In this document: positions 37,385 through 47,740 of the stretch, one piece after another
Layout: the number at the start of each line of letters is the position of its first letter
How positions within the stretch are numbered: the stretch's first letter is position 1
Assembly: GCF_001469955.1 (NCBI RefSeq)
Contig: NZ_LOPU01000018.1
Coordinates: forward strand, 1 to 64,000
Direction: 5' to 3'
Source of the DNA: Haloprofundus marisrubri
GTDB taxonomy: Archaea > Halobacteriota > Halobacteria > Halobacteriales > Haloferacaceae
Length of the DNA stretch: 64,000 nt
The notes under the pieces: model-generated
What the model was told of the DNA's origin: nothing
What the model saw: the letters and a program-made list of their open reading frames with translations, nothing else
The model's database searches: none
Translations under genes and position numbers: made by a program

Positions 37385-39700
37385 TTACCGGACGGAGTCG
37401 AGCATCAGTTTCTGCTCGACACGCTTGACCTCGTGTTGAACGTCGCGCACCGCGTCGATGTTCGCGCTGATGGAGGTGATTCCCTTGTTGACGAGGAACT
37501 GGACCATCTGCGGTTTCGACCCGGCTTGGCCGCAGATACTCGTCTTCACGCCGAGTTCGCGGCACGTCTCGATGGTCGAACCGATGAGTTCCAACACTGC
37601 TGGGTGGAGTTCGTCGAATCGGTCGGCGACGTTCTCGTTGTTTCGGTCCACCGCCAGCGTGTACTGGGTGAGGTCGTTGGTCCCGAAGGAGGCGAAGTCG
37701 ATGCCCGCCTCGGCGAGTTCACGAACCGACAGTGCGCTTGCGGGCGTCTCTATCATCACACCCCACGTCCGTTTCTCGGGGTCGATGCCCGCCTCGCGCA
37801 TCAGTTGTACCGCGCGGTAGACGTCCTCGGCGTCGTTGACGAGCGGCAACATCAGTTCGACGTTGTCGTAGCCCATCTCCCAGAGGCGGCGGAACGCCTC
37901 CAGTTCGTGCGCGAACGCCTCGGGCGTGTCGAGACTGCGGCGGATGCCCCGGTAGCCGAGCATCGGGTTGTGTTCGTTCGGTTCGCCGTCGCCACCCTCC
38001 AACTGGCGGAACTCGTCGGTCGGTGCGTCGAGCGTCCGTACGCGGACCGCGCGCGGGTAGAACTCGTCGGCGACGCCCCGAATCCCTTCGACCAGTTCGT
38101 CGACGTACGCCTTCTCGCCGTTGTCCGCGATGTACTTCTGCGGCGTTTTGCCGAGCGACAACACCATGTGTTCGATGCGGAGCAAGCCGACGCCGTCGGC
38201 CCCCGTCGCCGCGGCGCGTTCTGCGGCCTCGGGGATGGAGACGTTGACTTTCACCTCCGTCGCGGTCATCGGTTTGACCGGCGTCTTCGGGCGAACCTCC
38301 TCGACGGGTTCGTGTTGCTCTTCCTTTTTGGCCTTCTGGCCCTCCTGAATCGTCCCTTTGTCGCCGTCGATGGTGATGACCTGACCGTCCGATAGTTCTC
38401 GGGTCGCGCTGCCGGTGCCGACGACGGCCGGGACGCCGAGTTCCCGGGAGACGATGGCGGCGTGACTCGTCATCCCGCCCTCGTCGGTGACGATGCCGGC
38501 GGCGCGCTTCATCGCGGGAACCATGTCGGGCATCGTCATCTCGGTGACGATGATGTCGCCCTCCGACACTTTGTCGAGTTGGTCGAGTTTGGTGACGATG
38601 CGCGCCTCGCCGGAGACGATGCCCGGACTCGCGCCCAGTCCGTGCAGGAGCGTGTCGCCGTCCGACGACGACTGTTTCTGCCCGCTGTTGCCGTTCGACG
38701 AGAGCGTCGTCGCGTCGACGCCGTCGCCATCGGTAGCGACTTCGACGCCGTCGGAGCCGGAAATCGTCGTGATTGGCCGCGACTGCAGCATGTACACCTC
38801 GCCGTCGTAGATGGCCCACTCCACGTCCTGCGGCGTCTCGTAGTGGTCTTCGACCTCACAGCCGAGTTCGACGAGGCGCTCGATTTCGTCGTCCGAGAGC
38901 ACGCGCTCGGTGCGTTTCTCGTCGGGCACGTCCACGGTAGAGGTCTCGCCGGTCTCGGAATCCTTTATCATCATCAGCTTCTTGTCCGCGAGCGTCTCTT
39001 CCTGAACACTTGCGGAGTCGCGGTCGACGACGTAGTTGTCCGGCGACACCGACCCCGAGACGACCGCTTCGCCGAGACCCCACGCCGCCTCGATGATGAT
39101 GCGCGGTTCGCCCGTCGAGGGGTGGGAGGTGAACATCACGCCGCTTTTCTCGGCGTCGACCATCTGCTGGACGACGACAGCGATGTCGACTTTGTCGTGC
39201 GAGAAGCCCTGTCGCGTCCGGTAGTAGATGGCGCGCTGGGAGAACAGCGACGCCCAACACTCCTTGACGCGTTCGACAAGTTTCTCGGCTTGGACGTTGA
39301 GGAACGTCTCCTGCTGGCCGGCGAACGACGCGTCGGGGAGGTCTTCGGCCGTCGCCGACGAGCGCACCGCGACGAACGCCTCCCCGTCGCCGACGGAGCG
39401 GTACGCCTCCAGAATCTCCTCGCGGACTTCCTCGGGGAGTTCCGTCTCCGTGATGAGTTCGTGTGCGCGCTCGTGGGCCGCTGCGAGCGCTTTCGAGTCT
39501 TCGGGGTCGATATCCATCGCCTCGAAGAGTTCTTCGTCGATGCCTGCCTCCTCGATGAACGTCCGATAGGTGTCGGCGGTCACGACGAATCCCGGCGGGA
39601 CAGGAAGCCCCGCGGCCGTGAGTTCGCCCAGCGAGGCCCCTTTACCACCGACTGTGTCGATGTCGGCGGCGCGTACGTCATCCAGCCAAAGTACAGCCAT
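37385..39700 (-). CDS. ppsA: phosphoenolpyruvate synthase (pyruvate, water dikinase)
   Basis: 771 aa. N-terminal ATP-grasp ('VGGKGASLGEL'). Central phosphohistidine domain 'GGMTSHAAIVSRELGVPAVVG'. C-terminal PEP-utilising TIM barrel. Confidence 0.9.
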   Translation of the reverse strand: MAVLWLDDVRAADIDTVGGKGASLGELTAAGLPVPPGFVVTADTYRTFIEEAGIDEELFEAMDIDPEDSKALAAAHERAHELITETELPEEVREEILEAYRSVGDGEAFVAVRSSATAEDLPDASFAGQQETFLNVQAEKLVERVKECWASLFSQRAIYYRTRQGFSHDKVDIAVVVQQMVDAEKSGVMFTSHPSTGEPRIIIEAAWGLGEAVVSGSVSPDNYVVDRDSASVQEETLADKKLMMIKDSETGETSTVDVPDEKRTERVLSDDEIERLVELGCEVEDHYETPQDVEWAIYDGEVYMLQSRPITTISGSDGVEVATDGDGVDATTLSSNGNSGQKQSSSDGDTLLHGLGASPGIVSGEARIVTKLDQLDKVSEGDIIVTEMTMPDMVPAMKRAAGIVTDEGGMTSHAAIVSRELGVPAVVGTGSATRELSDGQVITIDGDKGTIQEGQKAKKEEQHEPVEEVRPKTPVKPMTATEVKVNVSIPEAAERAAATGADGVGLLRIEHMVLSLGKTPQKYIADNGEKAYVDELVEGIRGVADEFYPRAVRVRTLDAPTDEFRQLEGGDGEPNEHNPMLGYRGIRRSLDTPEAFAHELEAFRRLWEMGYDNVELMLPLVNDAEDVYRAVQLMREAGIDPEKRTWGVMIETPASALSVRELAEAGIDFASFGTNDLTQYTLAVDRNNENVADRFDELHPAVLELIGSTIETCRELGVKTSICGQAGSKPQMVQFLVNKGITSISANIDAVRDVQHEVKRVEQKLMLDSVR

Positions 39701-39831
39701 TGCGTACTCGGTTCGTCCACAGGATTCCTAAAGAAGCTTGCGTATGGAACAGCGGTGAAAATTACTGACTCGGATGCGAGTGAGATTTCGCACGAAGAGA
39801 CCAATTTCGCCCGCTTCGAGCGTTCTCGGGG

Positions 39832-40491
39832 TTGTCTCCGGACGTTTCAACGAACGAATGGGTTCAAACAACCTCTTTGTGCCCGGAGGTGTTCTCGTGG
39901 CTCGTGATACGCCTCGCCACACCCGACGACGCCGAAGCCGTTCAGCGTCTCTACGCGCCCTACGTCCGCGACACCGCTATCAGTTTCGAGCGCACGCCAC
40001 CGACGCACGCGGAGATGCGAACCCGAATGACGACGACGCTCGACTCGCTTCCGTGGTTGGTGTACGAGAAAGAGGGACGTATCCTCGGCTACGCGTACGC
40101 CGGAGCGCATCGCGAACGCGAGGCCTACCAGTGGTCCGTCGACCTCTCGGTGTACGTCGCTGCCGACGCGCACCGACGCGGTATCGCGCGCGGTCTGTAC
40201 ACGGCGCTGTTCGGGATTCTCGACGCGCAAGGGTACGTCAACCTCTACGCGGGGACGACGATTCCGAACCCCCGAAGCGTCGGCTTCCATCGAGCGATGG
40301 GTTTCGAATCGGTGGGCGTCTACGAGAACGTCGGCTACAAACACGGCGAGTGGCACGACGTGCAGTGGTTCTCCCGTACGCTCCGCTCGCATCCCGAAAA
40401 CCCCGACCCGCCCGTGCCGCTCGCGGCGGTGCGTGAGACGCCCGCGTTCGAGCGAGCGCTCGACGCCGGAAACGAAGAAATCGACGACTGA
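39832..40491 (+). CDS. GNAT family N-acetyltransferase (phosphinothricin acetyltransferase-like)
   Basis: 'VIRLATPDDAEAVQRLY...' and 'RRGIARGLYTALFGIL' (acetyl-CoA binding motif A). The true start is probably an internal GTG near 39890. Confidence 0.7.
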   Translation: MSPDVSTNEWVQTTSLCPEVFSWLVIRLATPDDAEAVQRLYAPYVRDTAISFERTPPTHAEMRTRMTTTLDSLPWLVYEKEGRILGYAYAGAHREREAYQWSVDLSVYVAADAHRRGIARGLYTALFGILDAQGYVNLYAGTTIPNPRSVGFHRAMGFESVGVYENVGYKHGEWHDVQWFSRTLRSHPENPDPPVPLAAVRETPAFERALDAGNEEIDD

Positions 40492-40522
40492 GAAGGAAAC
40501 GGAGAGCGAGTCGTTTCTGTCC

Positions 40523-41698
40523 CTACTTCTCGATGATGCTCTCTTCGACGGCCTCGCCGAAGTGCCGCGCCACCTGCTCGTAGTACAAAAGCAGTTCGTC
40601 GCCCGCTTCGAGGTCGGTGACGGCTTTTCGGCCTTCGCTCGTCGGGACTTTGATGGTCTCTGCGTTCTGCAACAGCGTCTCGACGTGGTCGCCGCCGGCG
40701 TCGACTTCGACGCGGAACATCGGTCGCTTCTCTATCTTGACGCGGCCGACGATAACTTCGCGCGTGCGGCCGTCGGTGTCGACGACCTGCACCTCGTCGC
40801 CGCTTTTCAACTCGGAGAGATATTTCGTGCCGCCGTCGGGCGTGCGGACGTACGCGTGGACCGCACCGGCGTTGACCCGGAACGGCCGGGAGGCGACGTA
40901 CGGTGATTCGGCCGTCTCGGCGTGGACGAAGAACAACCCGCGGGACATCGACCCGACGAGCATCCCCTCGTCGTGTTCGAGCAGGCTGCCGGTGTCGACG
41001 CAGACCCGGTCTGCCATCCCGACGCGTTCGACGGAGAGCACTTCCGCCCACTGGAGGTCGAGTTGTTCACGTTCGGTCGCGTCGCGGACTTCGACGGTTT
41101 GGCGAATCTCGTCGGGGTTGTCCGAGTCGAGAAGGACGCCGTCGGCACCGTGTTCGAGCGTCTCGAACGCCGCACGGGCCTCTTCGGCGGAGGTGACGCC
41201 CGCGACCAACTCGGTCTCTTCGCCGATGCGCGCGATGAGATTTTCGAGGGGAATTATCTGCCAGTCCTCGCCGACAACGAGGGTGTGGTCGGCGTCGCGG
41301 GCGGCCTCCTCGGCGAACGACTCGTACTCTTTTCCCATGATGCGGACGTACGCGCCCTGTGCGCGGCCGTCGCTGTGTCGGAGCGTCGTGAGGTCCGCCG
41401 ACCCCGAGAAGTCCGAGGGCAGGTCGACGGTGCCGTCGCCTTCGCCGTCCTTACCGACGATGTAGGCGTCGGCCTCGGCAGTCTCTTTCTCGGCGTCTTC
41501 GGCGTCGGTGACGTGGACGTCGGCGTCGTCGCGGAACGCCGCTACCTTCACGTCGCCGAGTTGACGGACGCGGGCCACGTCGGACTCGTCGACGAGCACC
41601 CAGTCGACGCCCGCTTCGAGTCCCGTCGTGATGCGCTGCTTTCGAACCTCCCAGTCGCCGACCGTGTCGTCGGCCTTCAACCAGACGCTCCGTGTCAT
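40523..41698 (-). CDS. 3-dehydroquinate synthase II (archaeal aroB')
   Basis: 391 aa from MTRSVWLKADD. The ATG at 41698 was confirmed. Fits the archaeal DHQ synthase II family, working with ADH synthase in the alternative shikimate entry route. Confidence 0.75.
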   Translation of the reverse strand: MTRSVWLKADDTVGDWEVRKQRITTGLEAGVDWVLVDESDVARVRQLGDVKVAAFRDDADVHVTDAEDAEKETAEADAYIVGKDGEGDGTVDLPSDFSGSADLTTLRHSDGRAQGAYVRIMGKEYESFAEEAARDADHTLVVGEDWQIIPLENLIARIGEETELVAGVTSAEEARAAFETLEHGADGVLLDSDNPDEIRQTVEVRDATEREQLDLQWAEVLSVERVGMADRVCVDTGSLLEHDEGMLVGSMSRGLFFVHAETAESPYVASRPFRVNAGAVHAYVRTPDGGTKYLSELKSGDEVQVVDTDGRTREVIVGRVKIEKRPMFRVEVDAGGDHVETLLQNAETIKVPTSEGRKAVTDLEAGDELLLYYEQVARHFGEAVEESIIEK

Positions 41699-41776
41699 TG
41701 TCCGACTCTCTCGGGGGCGCGGCTTGAACGTGGCGGATGCGTCAGGTGTCGTCGGCAAGCCGAAGCACTGACCCAG

Positions 41777-42565
41777 TTAGCAGACCTGCCAACCGCCGTC
41801 GACCTGCAGCAGTTCGCCGGTGATGTAGCTCGCTCCCTCGGTCGCCAAGAACGCCGCCGCGTCGGCGATGTCTTCCGGTTCGCCCGGTCGGCCGAGCGGA
41901 ATCGGCTTCAGAAACCCGTCGTTCTCGGCGTCCTCGTACATCTCCTCGGTGAGCCCCTCGACGAACTCCGTGGCGATTTGGCCGGGAGCGACGGCGTTGA
42001 CCCGAATCCCGTGTTCGGCTAGTTCGAGCGCCGCGCCGCGGGTAATCATCCTGACCGCCCCTTTCGTGGAGTCGTACTGGACTTGGTCGAACTGGGCCTC
42101 GTTCGAGGAGATAGAGGCCGTGTTGACGATACAGCCCGGTTCGCCCCTGTCGAGCATGTCGTTTGCCGCCGCTTGAACGCCGAAGAAGACGCCGTCGACG
42201 TTGACGCGGTGGACTTGCCGGAACTCCTCGGGCGAGAGGTCGAGCATGTCGCCTTCGAGAAACAGCCCGGCGTTGTTCACCATCACGTCGACGCCGCCGT
42301 ACTCGCGGGCCGCTTCGACGACGGACTCTACTTGGCTTCGGTCGGTCACGTCCGTCTCGACGTACTCGGCGTCGCTGCCCATCTCGCGGATGAGTTCGTG
42401 CGTCGGCGTCTCCTCGTCTACGTCTTTCGGGTCCTCGCGCACGTCGGCGACGATGACCGTCGCACCCGACTCGCCGAAGCGCGTCGCCATCGCCCGGCCG
42501 ATACCCGAAGACCCGCCCGTCACGATGACCGTCTCGCCGTCGAAGTCGAAACTCGTCGTTGCCAT
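41777..42565 (-). CDS. SDR family oxidoreductase (glucose-1-dehydrogenase/3-oxoacyl-ACP reductase-like)
   Basis: 'TGGSSGIGRA' cofactor motif, 'NNAG', and catalytic 'YDSTKGA'. The ATG at 42565 was confirmed. Confidence 0.85.
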   Translation of the reverse strand: MATTSFDFDGETVIVTGGSSGIGRAMATRFGESGATVIVADVREDPKDVDEETPTHELIREMGSDAEYVETDVTDRSQVESVVEAAREYGGVDVMVNNAGLFLEGDMLDLSPEEFRQVHRVNVDGVFFGVQAAANDMLDRGEPGCIVNTASISSNEAQFDQVQYDSTKGAVRMITRGAALELAEHGIRVNAVAPGQIATEFVEGLTEEMYEDAENDGFLKPIPLGRPGEPEDIADAAAFLATEGASYITGELLQVDGGWQVC

Positions 42566-42635
42566 ACGCTCCGTTCGCGCGACGGCGACAAAAAGTTCGG
42601 TTTGACGGTTAGTCGTTCTCGATTCGGTCTGCTGC

Positions 42636-43430
42636 TCAGGCTTCGATGCCGAGTCCGGCGTGTTCGAGTGCGTCCTCGGTCGACTGGTCGTCGTGGAGAA
42701 CGGCCGAGACGGCGCGCGTGATTGCCTCGGGGTCGTCGTGCTGGAAGATGGAGCGACCCATCGAGACGCCGGCCGCGCCGGCGTCCATCGCGCCGCGGAC
42801 CATCTCGACAGTGTCGCGGTCGGTTCCTCGGCTTCCGCCGGCGATGACGACCGGCAGACGCGTCGATTCGACGACGTGCTCGAACGTCTCGGCATTGCCG
42901 CTGTAACCCGTTTTGACGACGTGTGCACCCGCTTCCTCGGCGAGACGGACTGCGTGACCGAGCGCTTCGGGGTCGCTGCCGTCGACGTCGGGGCCGCGGG
43001 CGTACGCCATCGCCAGAACGGGGACGCCGAGTCGTTCTGCCTCGTCGGTGACGCGCGCGAGGTCCTCGAGTTGCTTTGGTTCGTAGTTGCTGCCGACGTT
43101 GAGATGCAGAGAGACGGCGTCGGCACCGACGCGAACCGCTTCTTCGACGGTTCCGGTCATTCGTTTGTCGTTGCTGTCGGGGCCGAGAACGGTGGAGGCG
43201 TTGAGGTGGACGATGTACCCTCGTCCGTTTTTGTGCGGGTGGACGCGTGGGGCGAGTCCTTTCTGTGTGAGGACGGCGTCGGCCCCGCCGCGTGTCACCG
43301 CCGAGATGGTCGATTCGATGTTTTTGAGGCCTTTTACCGCCCCGAGTGTGATGCCGTGGTCCATCGGAACGACGAGGTATCGCCCCTCCGTGGAGATGCG
43401 GTCGAGTCGTGCGTGTATTCCTGTGTTCAT
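42636..43430 (-). CDS. 2-amino-3,7-dideoxy-D-threo-hept-6-ulosonate synthase (ADH synthase, class I aldolase DhnA-like; archaeal aroA')
   Basis: 264 aa from MNTGIHARLDRIS. 'LVVPMDHG' and 'HVVKTGY' are typical of the DhnA aldolase family. Clustered with aroB' and trpCBA. Confidence 0.75.
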   Translation of the reverse strand: MNTGIHARLDRISTEGRYLVVPMDHGITLGAVKGLKNIESTISAVTRGGADAVLTQKGLAPRVHPHKNGRGYIVHLNASTVLGPDSNDKRMTGTVEEAVRVGADAVSLHLNVGSNYEPKQLEDLARVTDEAERLGVPVLAMAYARGPDVDGSDPEALGHAVRLAEEAGAHVVKTGYSGNAETFEHVVESTRLPVVIAGGSRGTDRDTVEMVRGAMDAGAAGVSMGRSIFQHDDPEAITRAVSAVLHDDQSTEDALEHAGLGIEA

Positions 43431-43458
43431 GAGTATGTGAATCTGTACCAGTGTACGG

Positions 43459-44301
43459 TTATGTGCGTTCCGGATGCGGTGTGCGTTGCGCGAACCCCTT
43501 CTCCGCACCCTCGCTCAGTTCGCGCGCCTTCTGTTCGAGACGGTCGGCGACTGCTTCGGCTGAATCGCCGTTCTCGTGACCCTCCGCCACGATGTCGACC
43601 AGCGCGCTACCGACGATGATGCCGTCCGCGCCGCCGGCGACGATTCGCTCGGCGTGTTCGCCGGTCTTGATGCCGAAGCCGACTGCCTTCGGGACGTCCC
43701 AGTCGCTGAGTCGCCCGAGGCTCTCGTCGGTCTGCGTCGAGACGTCACTTCGTGCCCCAGTGACGCCGAGGCGCGCTTGGACGTAGACGTAGCCCGAGAC
43801 CTGTTCCATGATTCGCTCCAAGCGCTGGCCTTCCGTCGTCGGCGCGACGATGAAGACGAGGTCGAGGTCGAACTCGTCGCACGCCTCTCGAAGCGGGTCG
43901 GCCTCCTCGGCGGGCAGGTCGGGGACGACGAAGCCGTCGAGGCCGACTTCGGCGGCTTTCTCGACGAACGCGCGCGGACGCTCTGCTCTCTCGCCGCCGT
44001 AGCGGTAGATGAGGTTGTAGTACGTCATGCAGACCAACGGGACGTCGACGTCGAGTTCTTCGACGAACTCGAAGAAACGCGTCGGCGTCATGCCGCCTTC
44101 GAGTGCCCGCACGACGGCGTTCTGAATCGTCGGCCCTTCCGCGATTGGCTCCGAGAACGGCAGACCCAGTTCGATTACGTCCGCGCCGCCGCGTTCGAGC
44201 GCTTCGACGTACTCGATGGACGACTCGTAATCGGGGTCGCCGACGGCGAGGTACGGGATGAACGCCGGACCGTCCGCGAACGCCTCGGGGATTCGGCTCA
44301 T
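43459..44301 (-). CDS. trpA: tryptophan synthase alpha subunit
   Basis: '[11 protein letters not shown]', 'ELGLPFSEP' and 'GFGI' motifs. 280 aa. Its start lies 4 nt past the trpB stop codon. Confidence 0.9.
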   Translation of the reverse strand: MSRIPEAFADGPAFIPYLAVGDPDYESSIEYVEALERGGADVIELGLPFSEPIAEGPTIQNAVVRALEGGMTPTRFFEFVEELDVDVPLVCMTYYNLIYRYGGERAERPRAFVEKAAEVGLDGFVVPDLPAEEADPLREACDEFDLDLVFIVAPTTEGQRLERIMEQVSGYVYVQARLGVTGARSDVSTQTDESLGRLSDWDVPKAVGFGIKTGEHAERIVAGGADGIIVGSALVDIVAEGHENGDSAEAVADRLEQKARELSEGAEKGFAQRTPHPERT

Positions 44302-45542
44302 CGGAGCCCTCCCGAGAACATCGACATGTCCGGTGCGTTCTCGATACCTCGCTTTTCGGTCTCCTCGATAACTGACTCCAAATCTTTGTCACCGCGGCCG
44401 GAGACGTTCACGAGGACAGTGTCGCCGAGGTCCTCGTGGTTGTTCTCTAAGTAGGCGAACGCGTGTGCCGTCTCCAGCGCCGGGATGACGCCCTCCATTC
44501 GCGAGAGGCGGTGGAACGCTTCGAGCGCCGCGTCGTCGTCGACGTTCACCGGCGTGGCTCGGTTCTCGTCGACCAAGTAGGCGAGTTCGGGACCCACGCC
44601 CGCGTAGTCCAGACCCGAGGAGACGCTGTGCGACTCCATGATTTGGCCATCGTAATCCTGCAGCAGTTTGGTGCGTGCGCCGTGGAGGACACCCTCGCCA
44701 CCAGTCGACAAGGAAGCCGAGTTGGGCGCGACGCCTTTCTCCTCGTCGACGGAGAGCGACGACCCGCCCGCCTCGACAGCGTACAAGTCGACCCCGTCGT
44801 CGTCGACGAACTCGGCGAACGCGCCCATCGTGTTCGACCCGCCGCCTGCGCAGGCAAGCACCGAATCGGGGAGCGTTCCCGCTTGCTCTCGCATCTGCTC
44901 ACGTGCTTCCTCCGAGATGACCGATTGGAAGTCACGGACCATCGCCGGGAACGGATGCGGGCCGACGACGGAGCCGATGACGTAGTGGGTGTCTTCGACG
45001 TTCGTCGCCCAGTCGCGCATCGTCTCCGAGATGGCCTCTTTGAGGGTTCCGCGGCCCACCGTCACGGGGTTGACCTCCGCGCCGTTTATTTTCATCCGGA
45101 AGACGTTCGGGCGCTGGCGGTTGATGTCGCGTTCGCCCATGTACACCTCGCAGTCGAAGTCGAGGTGCGCGCAGGCCATCGCCGTCGCGGTGCCGTGTTG
45201 GCCCGCACCGGTCTCGGCGATGATGCGCTCTTTGCCCATGTACTTCGCCAACAGGACCTGTCCGAGCGCGTTGTTGAGTTTGTGCGCGCCGCCGTGGAGC
45301 AAGTCCTCGCGCTTCATGTACACGTCGCGGTCGTAGCGCTCCGACAACCGCTCGGCGTACTGTGTCGGCGTCGGTCGGCCACCGAAGTCTCGGAGTCGCT
45401 GGCGGAACTCGTCCATGAAGCCGTCCTCGTTGTTCAGGACGTACCGCTCGTAGGCGTCCTCCAGTTCCTCGATGGCGGGCATCAACGCCTCGGGGACGTA
45501 CTGTCCGCCGTACCGGCCGAACTTCCCGTCGCTCGTGCTCAT
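44298..45542 (-). CDS. trpB: tryptophan synthase beta subunit
   Basis: '[10 protein letters not shown]' N-terminus. PLP site '[13 protein letters not shown]'. 414 aa. Confidence 0.9.
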   Translation of the reverse strand: MSTSDGKFGRYGGQYVPEALMPAIEELEDAYERYVLNNEDGFMDEFRQRLRDFGGRPTPTQYAERLSERYDRDVYMKREDLLHGGAHKLNNALGQVLLAKYMGKERIIAETGAGQHGTATAMACAHLDFDCEVYMGERDINRQRPNVFRMKINGAEVNPVTVGRGTLKEAISETMRDWATNVEDTHYVIGSVVGPHPFPAMVRDFQSVISEEAREQMREQAGTLPDSVLACAGGGSNTMGAFAEFVDDDGVDLYAVEAGGSSLSVDEEKGVAPNSASLSTGGEGVLHGARTKLLQDYDGQIMESHSVSSGLDYAGVGPELAYLVDENRATPVNVDDDAALEAFHRLSRMEGVIPALETAHAFAYLENNHEDLGDTVLVNVSGRGDKDLESVIEETEKRGIENAPDMSMFSGGLR

Positions 45543-45544
45543 AG

Positions 45545-46309
45545 TTACTCGTTGGTCTCCGCGTTGACGAACTTCTCGGTATTCATTTGCACGTCTCCGT
45601 CCATGATGGCCGACCCGACGAGAAGGCCGTCGGCACCCGCATCGCGCATCCGCCGGGCGTCTTTGGGCGTCGTCACGCCGCTCTCGGCGATGAGCGTCAC
45701 GTCCTCGGGGACCGCAGGCGCGACGGACTCGAAGGTGGCGAGGTCGACTTCCAGTTTCGCCAAGTCACGGTTGTTGACGCCGATTATCGAGGCTCCCGCC
45801 TCGATTGCCTCGCTCAGTTCCTCACCGTCGTGAACTTCAACGAGTGCCTGAAAATCGCGGGCTTCGGCCGCCTCCAAGAGTCCGGACAGGTCGTCGACGA
45901 AGCGGGCGATGAGCAGTATCACGTCGGATTCGACGACGTCCAACTGGTCCTCGCGGACGACGAAGTCCTTGCGAAGCACGGGCACGTCGACGGCCTCTCG
46001 AATCTTTCTGAGATTCTCCGCCGACCCGCCGAAATGGTCGGGTTCGGTGAGCACCGACAGCGCCGCCGCGCCGCCGTCGACCATCTGTCGGGCGAGTTCG
46101 ACCGGGTCGTCCTCGCGCGTCCCCTCGGTGGTTGGACTCGTCGGTTTTACCTCGGCGATGACGGGGATTCGTCCCTCGCTCTCGGCGGCGGCGAACGCGT
46201 GCGGCAACGACCGCGCGTCGACCGAGAGTCGTTCGCTCCCGCCGTCTCTGTCGCGCGCGGCGGCGAGAATCGAGCGTACCGCCGGGGCGACGTCCGCTGT
46301 GTCGTTCAT
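45545..46309 (-). CDS. trpC: indole-3-glycerol phosphate synthase
   Basis: '[11 protein letters not shown]', 'VLRKDF' and 'IGVNNRDL' motifs. 254 aa. Confidence 0.9.
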   Translation of the reverse strand: MNDTADVAPAVRSILAAARDRDGGSERLSVDARSLPHAFAAAESEGRIPVIAEVKPTSPTTEGTREDDPVELARQMVDGGAAALSVLTEPDHFGGSAENLRKIREAVDVPVLRKDFVVREDQLDVVESDVILLIARFVDDLSGLLEAAEARDFQALVEVHDGEELSEAIEAGASIIGVNNRDLAKLEVDLATFESVAPAVPEDVTLIAESGVTTPKDARRMRDAGADGLLVGSAIMDGDVQMNTEKFVNAETNE

Positions 46310-46412
46310 CGATGTACACTAATGCACTAATCTGTTCATAAGGTTTGTGACTGCGGCTCGTAGTTCGAGGCAGTTTCGAGGAGCGTCGCCCGAACCGCGA
46401 ACGTTGAAGCGG

Positions 46413-46886
46413 ATGCCGACACTCACCTTTTCCATGGAAGACGCAGGAATCTACGCGCGCGAGTCGCCGACGCTCGACACCGTCGTCCAACTCGGCGTCG
46501 TCGGCAGTCGCGTCATCAACGTCTCGTTCCCCGACTCGGTACCCGAGGACGCCGAATCCGACCATCCCATCTTGGACCGAATCTTCGCGTATCTCGGCGG
46601 CGCGGAGGACCACTTCGACGACGCACCCGTCGCGCTGACCGTCCCGACCGACCAGCGGGGCGTGCTCGAAGCGACCCGAAACGTCCCACACGGCGAGACG
46701 ATTTCGGTCGAACGACTGGCACGGTTGGCCGGACTCGACGCCGACGACGAGGAGGACGTTCGACTGGTCGAGAAGGCGCTTCGAGAGAATCCGGTTCCGC
46801 TCTTGATTCCCGACCACCGGATTCAGGCGACGGGTGCGACTCCCGAGGACGTGGCGGCGGCGTTGCGGCGGGTCGAGCAGGGGTAG
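46413..46886 (+). CDS. MGMT-family (O6-alkylguanine-DNA alkyltransferase-like) protein with Cys-to-Asp at the active-site position
   Basis: The C-terminal 'ISVERLARLAGLDADD...ENPVPLLIPDHRI' aligns to the Ogt HTH-NP...PCHRV signature. The codon at the Cys position is GAC (Asp). ATG at 46413. Confidence 0.6.
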   Translation: MPTLTFSMEDAGIYARESPTLDTVVQLGVVGSRVINVSFPDSVPEDAESDHPILDRIFAYLGGAEDHFDDAPVALTVPTDQRGVLEATRNVPHGETISVERLARLAGLDADDEEDVRLVEKALRENPVPLLIPDHRIQATGATPEDVAAALRRVEQG

Positions 46887-46891
46887 ATCAG

Positions 46892-47278
46892 TTACTTCAA
46901 CTTCAACAGGTCAGACTTGTCGTCCCATAGTATCTTCACGTAGGCACCAAAGCCGACCAGAAGCGACAGCAATACGAGCGTATCGAACCCTCTCACCGCC
47001 GATATCGACAGCTCGAAGAACTCCACGAGCGTCGTGACAGCGAACGTGACGAATCCGGCGGTGGCGACGACGGCGGCGGGACGACGGTACTCGCTTGTCG
47101 ACCAGATACCGGCCCCGATGAGAAGACACATCAGCGCGATCGCTGGGTCCCAGAGTCCCGCCAGTGCCGCGGTATCAGTCATCTCTCCGTAGTAGCTCAG
47201 TATAAACAGTAGAAGCGCAATTACGGCCAACGTACGTCTCACGTTAGAGTGGAGGGCACTTTTTGAGACGGTAGACAT
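46892..47278 (-). CDS. small integral membrane protein, paralog 1
   Basis: 128 aa, 3-4 TM. Its C-terminus 'FVTFAVTTLVEFFELSISAVRGFDTLVLLSLLVGFGAYVKIL' is similar to the neighbouring paralog. Confidence 0.55.
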   Translation of the reverse strand: MSTVSKSALHSNVRRTLAVIALLLFILSYYGEMTDTAALAGLWDPAIALMCLLIGAGIWSTSEYRRPAAVVATAGFVTFAVTTLVEFFELSISAVRGFDTLVLLSLLVGFGAYVKILWDDKSDLLKLK

Positions 47279-47341
47279 CTGATGTACGTTTTATCTGTCG
47301 GAGTATAATAACCTTCGTCGACTCGTAGCGTGGGCTCGCAC

Positions 47342-47713
47342 TCACTCTCCACCACCGAACGACTCCAATTTTAAGTACGCGCCGACGCCGACCACGACGG
47401 CCAACAGCGTAACCGCGTCGACGACAGCAGCGACACCCCTGATTTGAGAGAGGCCGACGAACTCGAACAGCCAAATCGCCGCCGCGACGAACAGTGCCAC
47501 CGAACCGACGACGCGCAGCGTCGACCCGTCGCCGCGGCCCTCCCACAGCCGGACGCCCCAGATGAAAAACAGCGTCGCGTACACGAGCGTCCACAGCGAC
47601 GAGAGCGCCGCGTTCCGGGTCGCGGTGCCGTACATCGCCGCGACGGCGACGGCGACGACACCGACGGCGAGAACGACGCGAACGCTTCGCGGGAGCGACT
47701 GAAGTGCGGCCAT
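47342..47713 (-). CDS. small integral membrane protein, paralog 2
   Basis: 123 aa. 'LFVAAAIWLFEFVGLSQIRGVAAVVDAVTLLAVVVGVGAYLKL' aligns with paralog 1. Confidence 0.55.
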   Translation of the reverse strand: MAALQSLPRSVRVVLAVGVVAVAVAAMYGTATRNAALSSLWTLVYATLFFIWGVRLWEGRGDGSTLRVVGSVALFVAAAIWLFEFVGLSQIRGVAAVVDAVTLLAVVVGVGAYLKLESFGGGE

Positions 47714-47740
47714 CTGTCCGCCGCTTTCGACTCCGCGACC

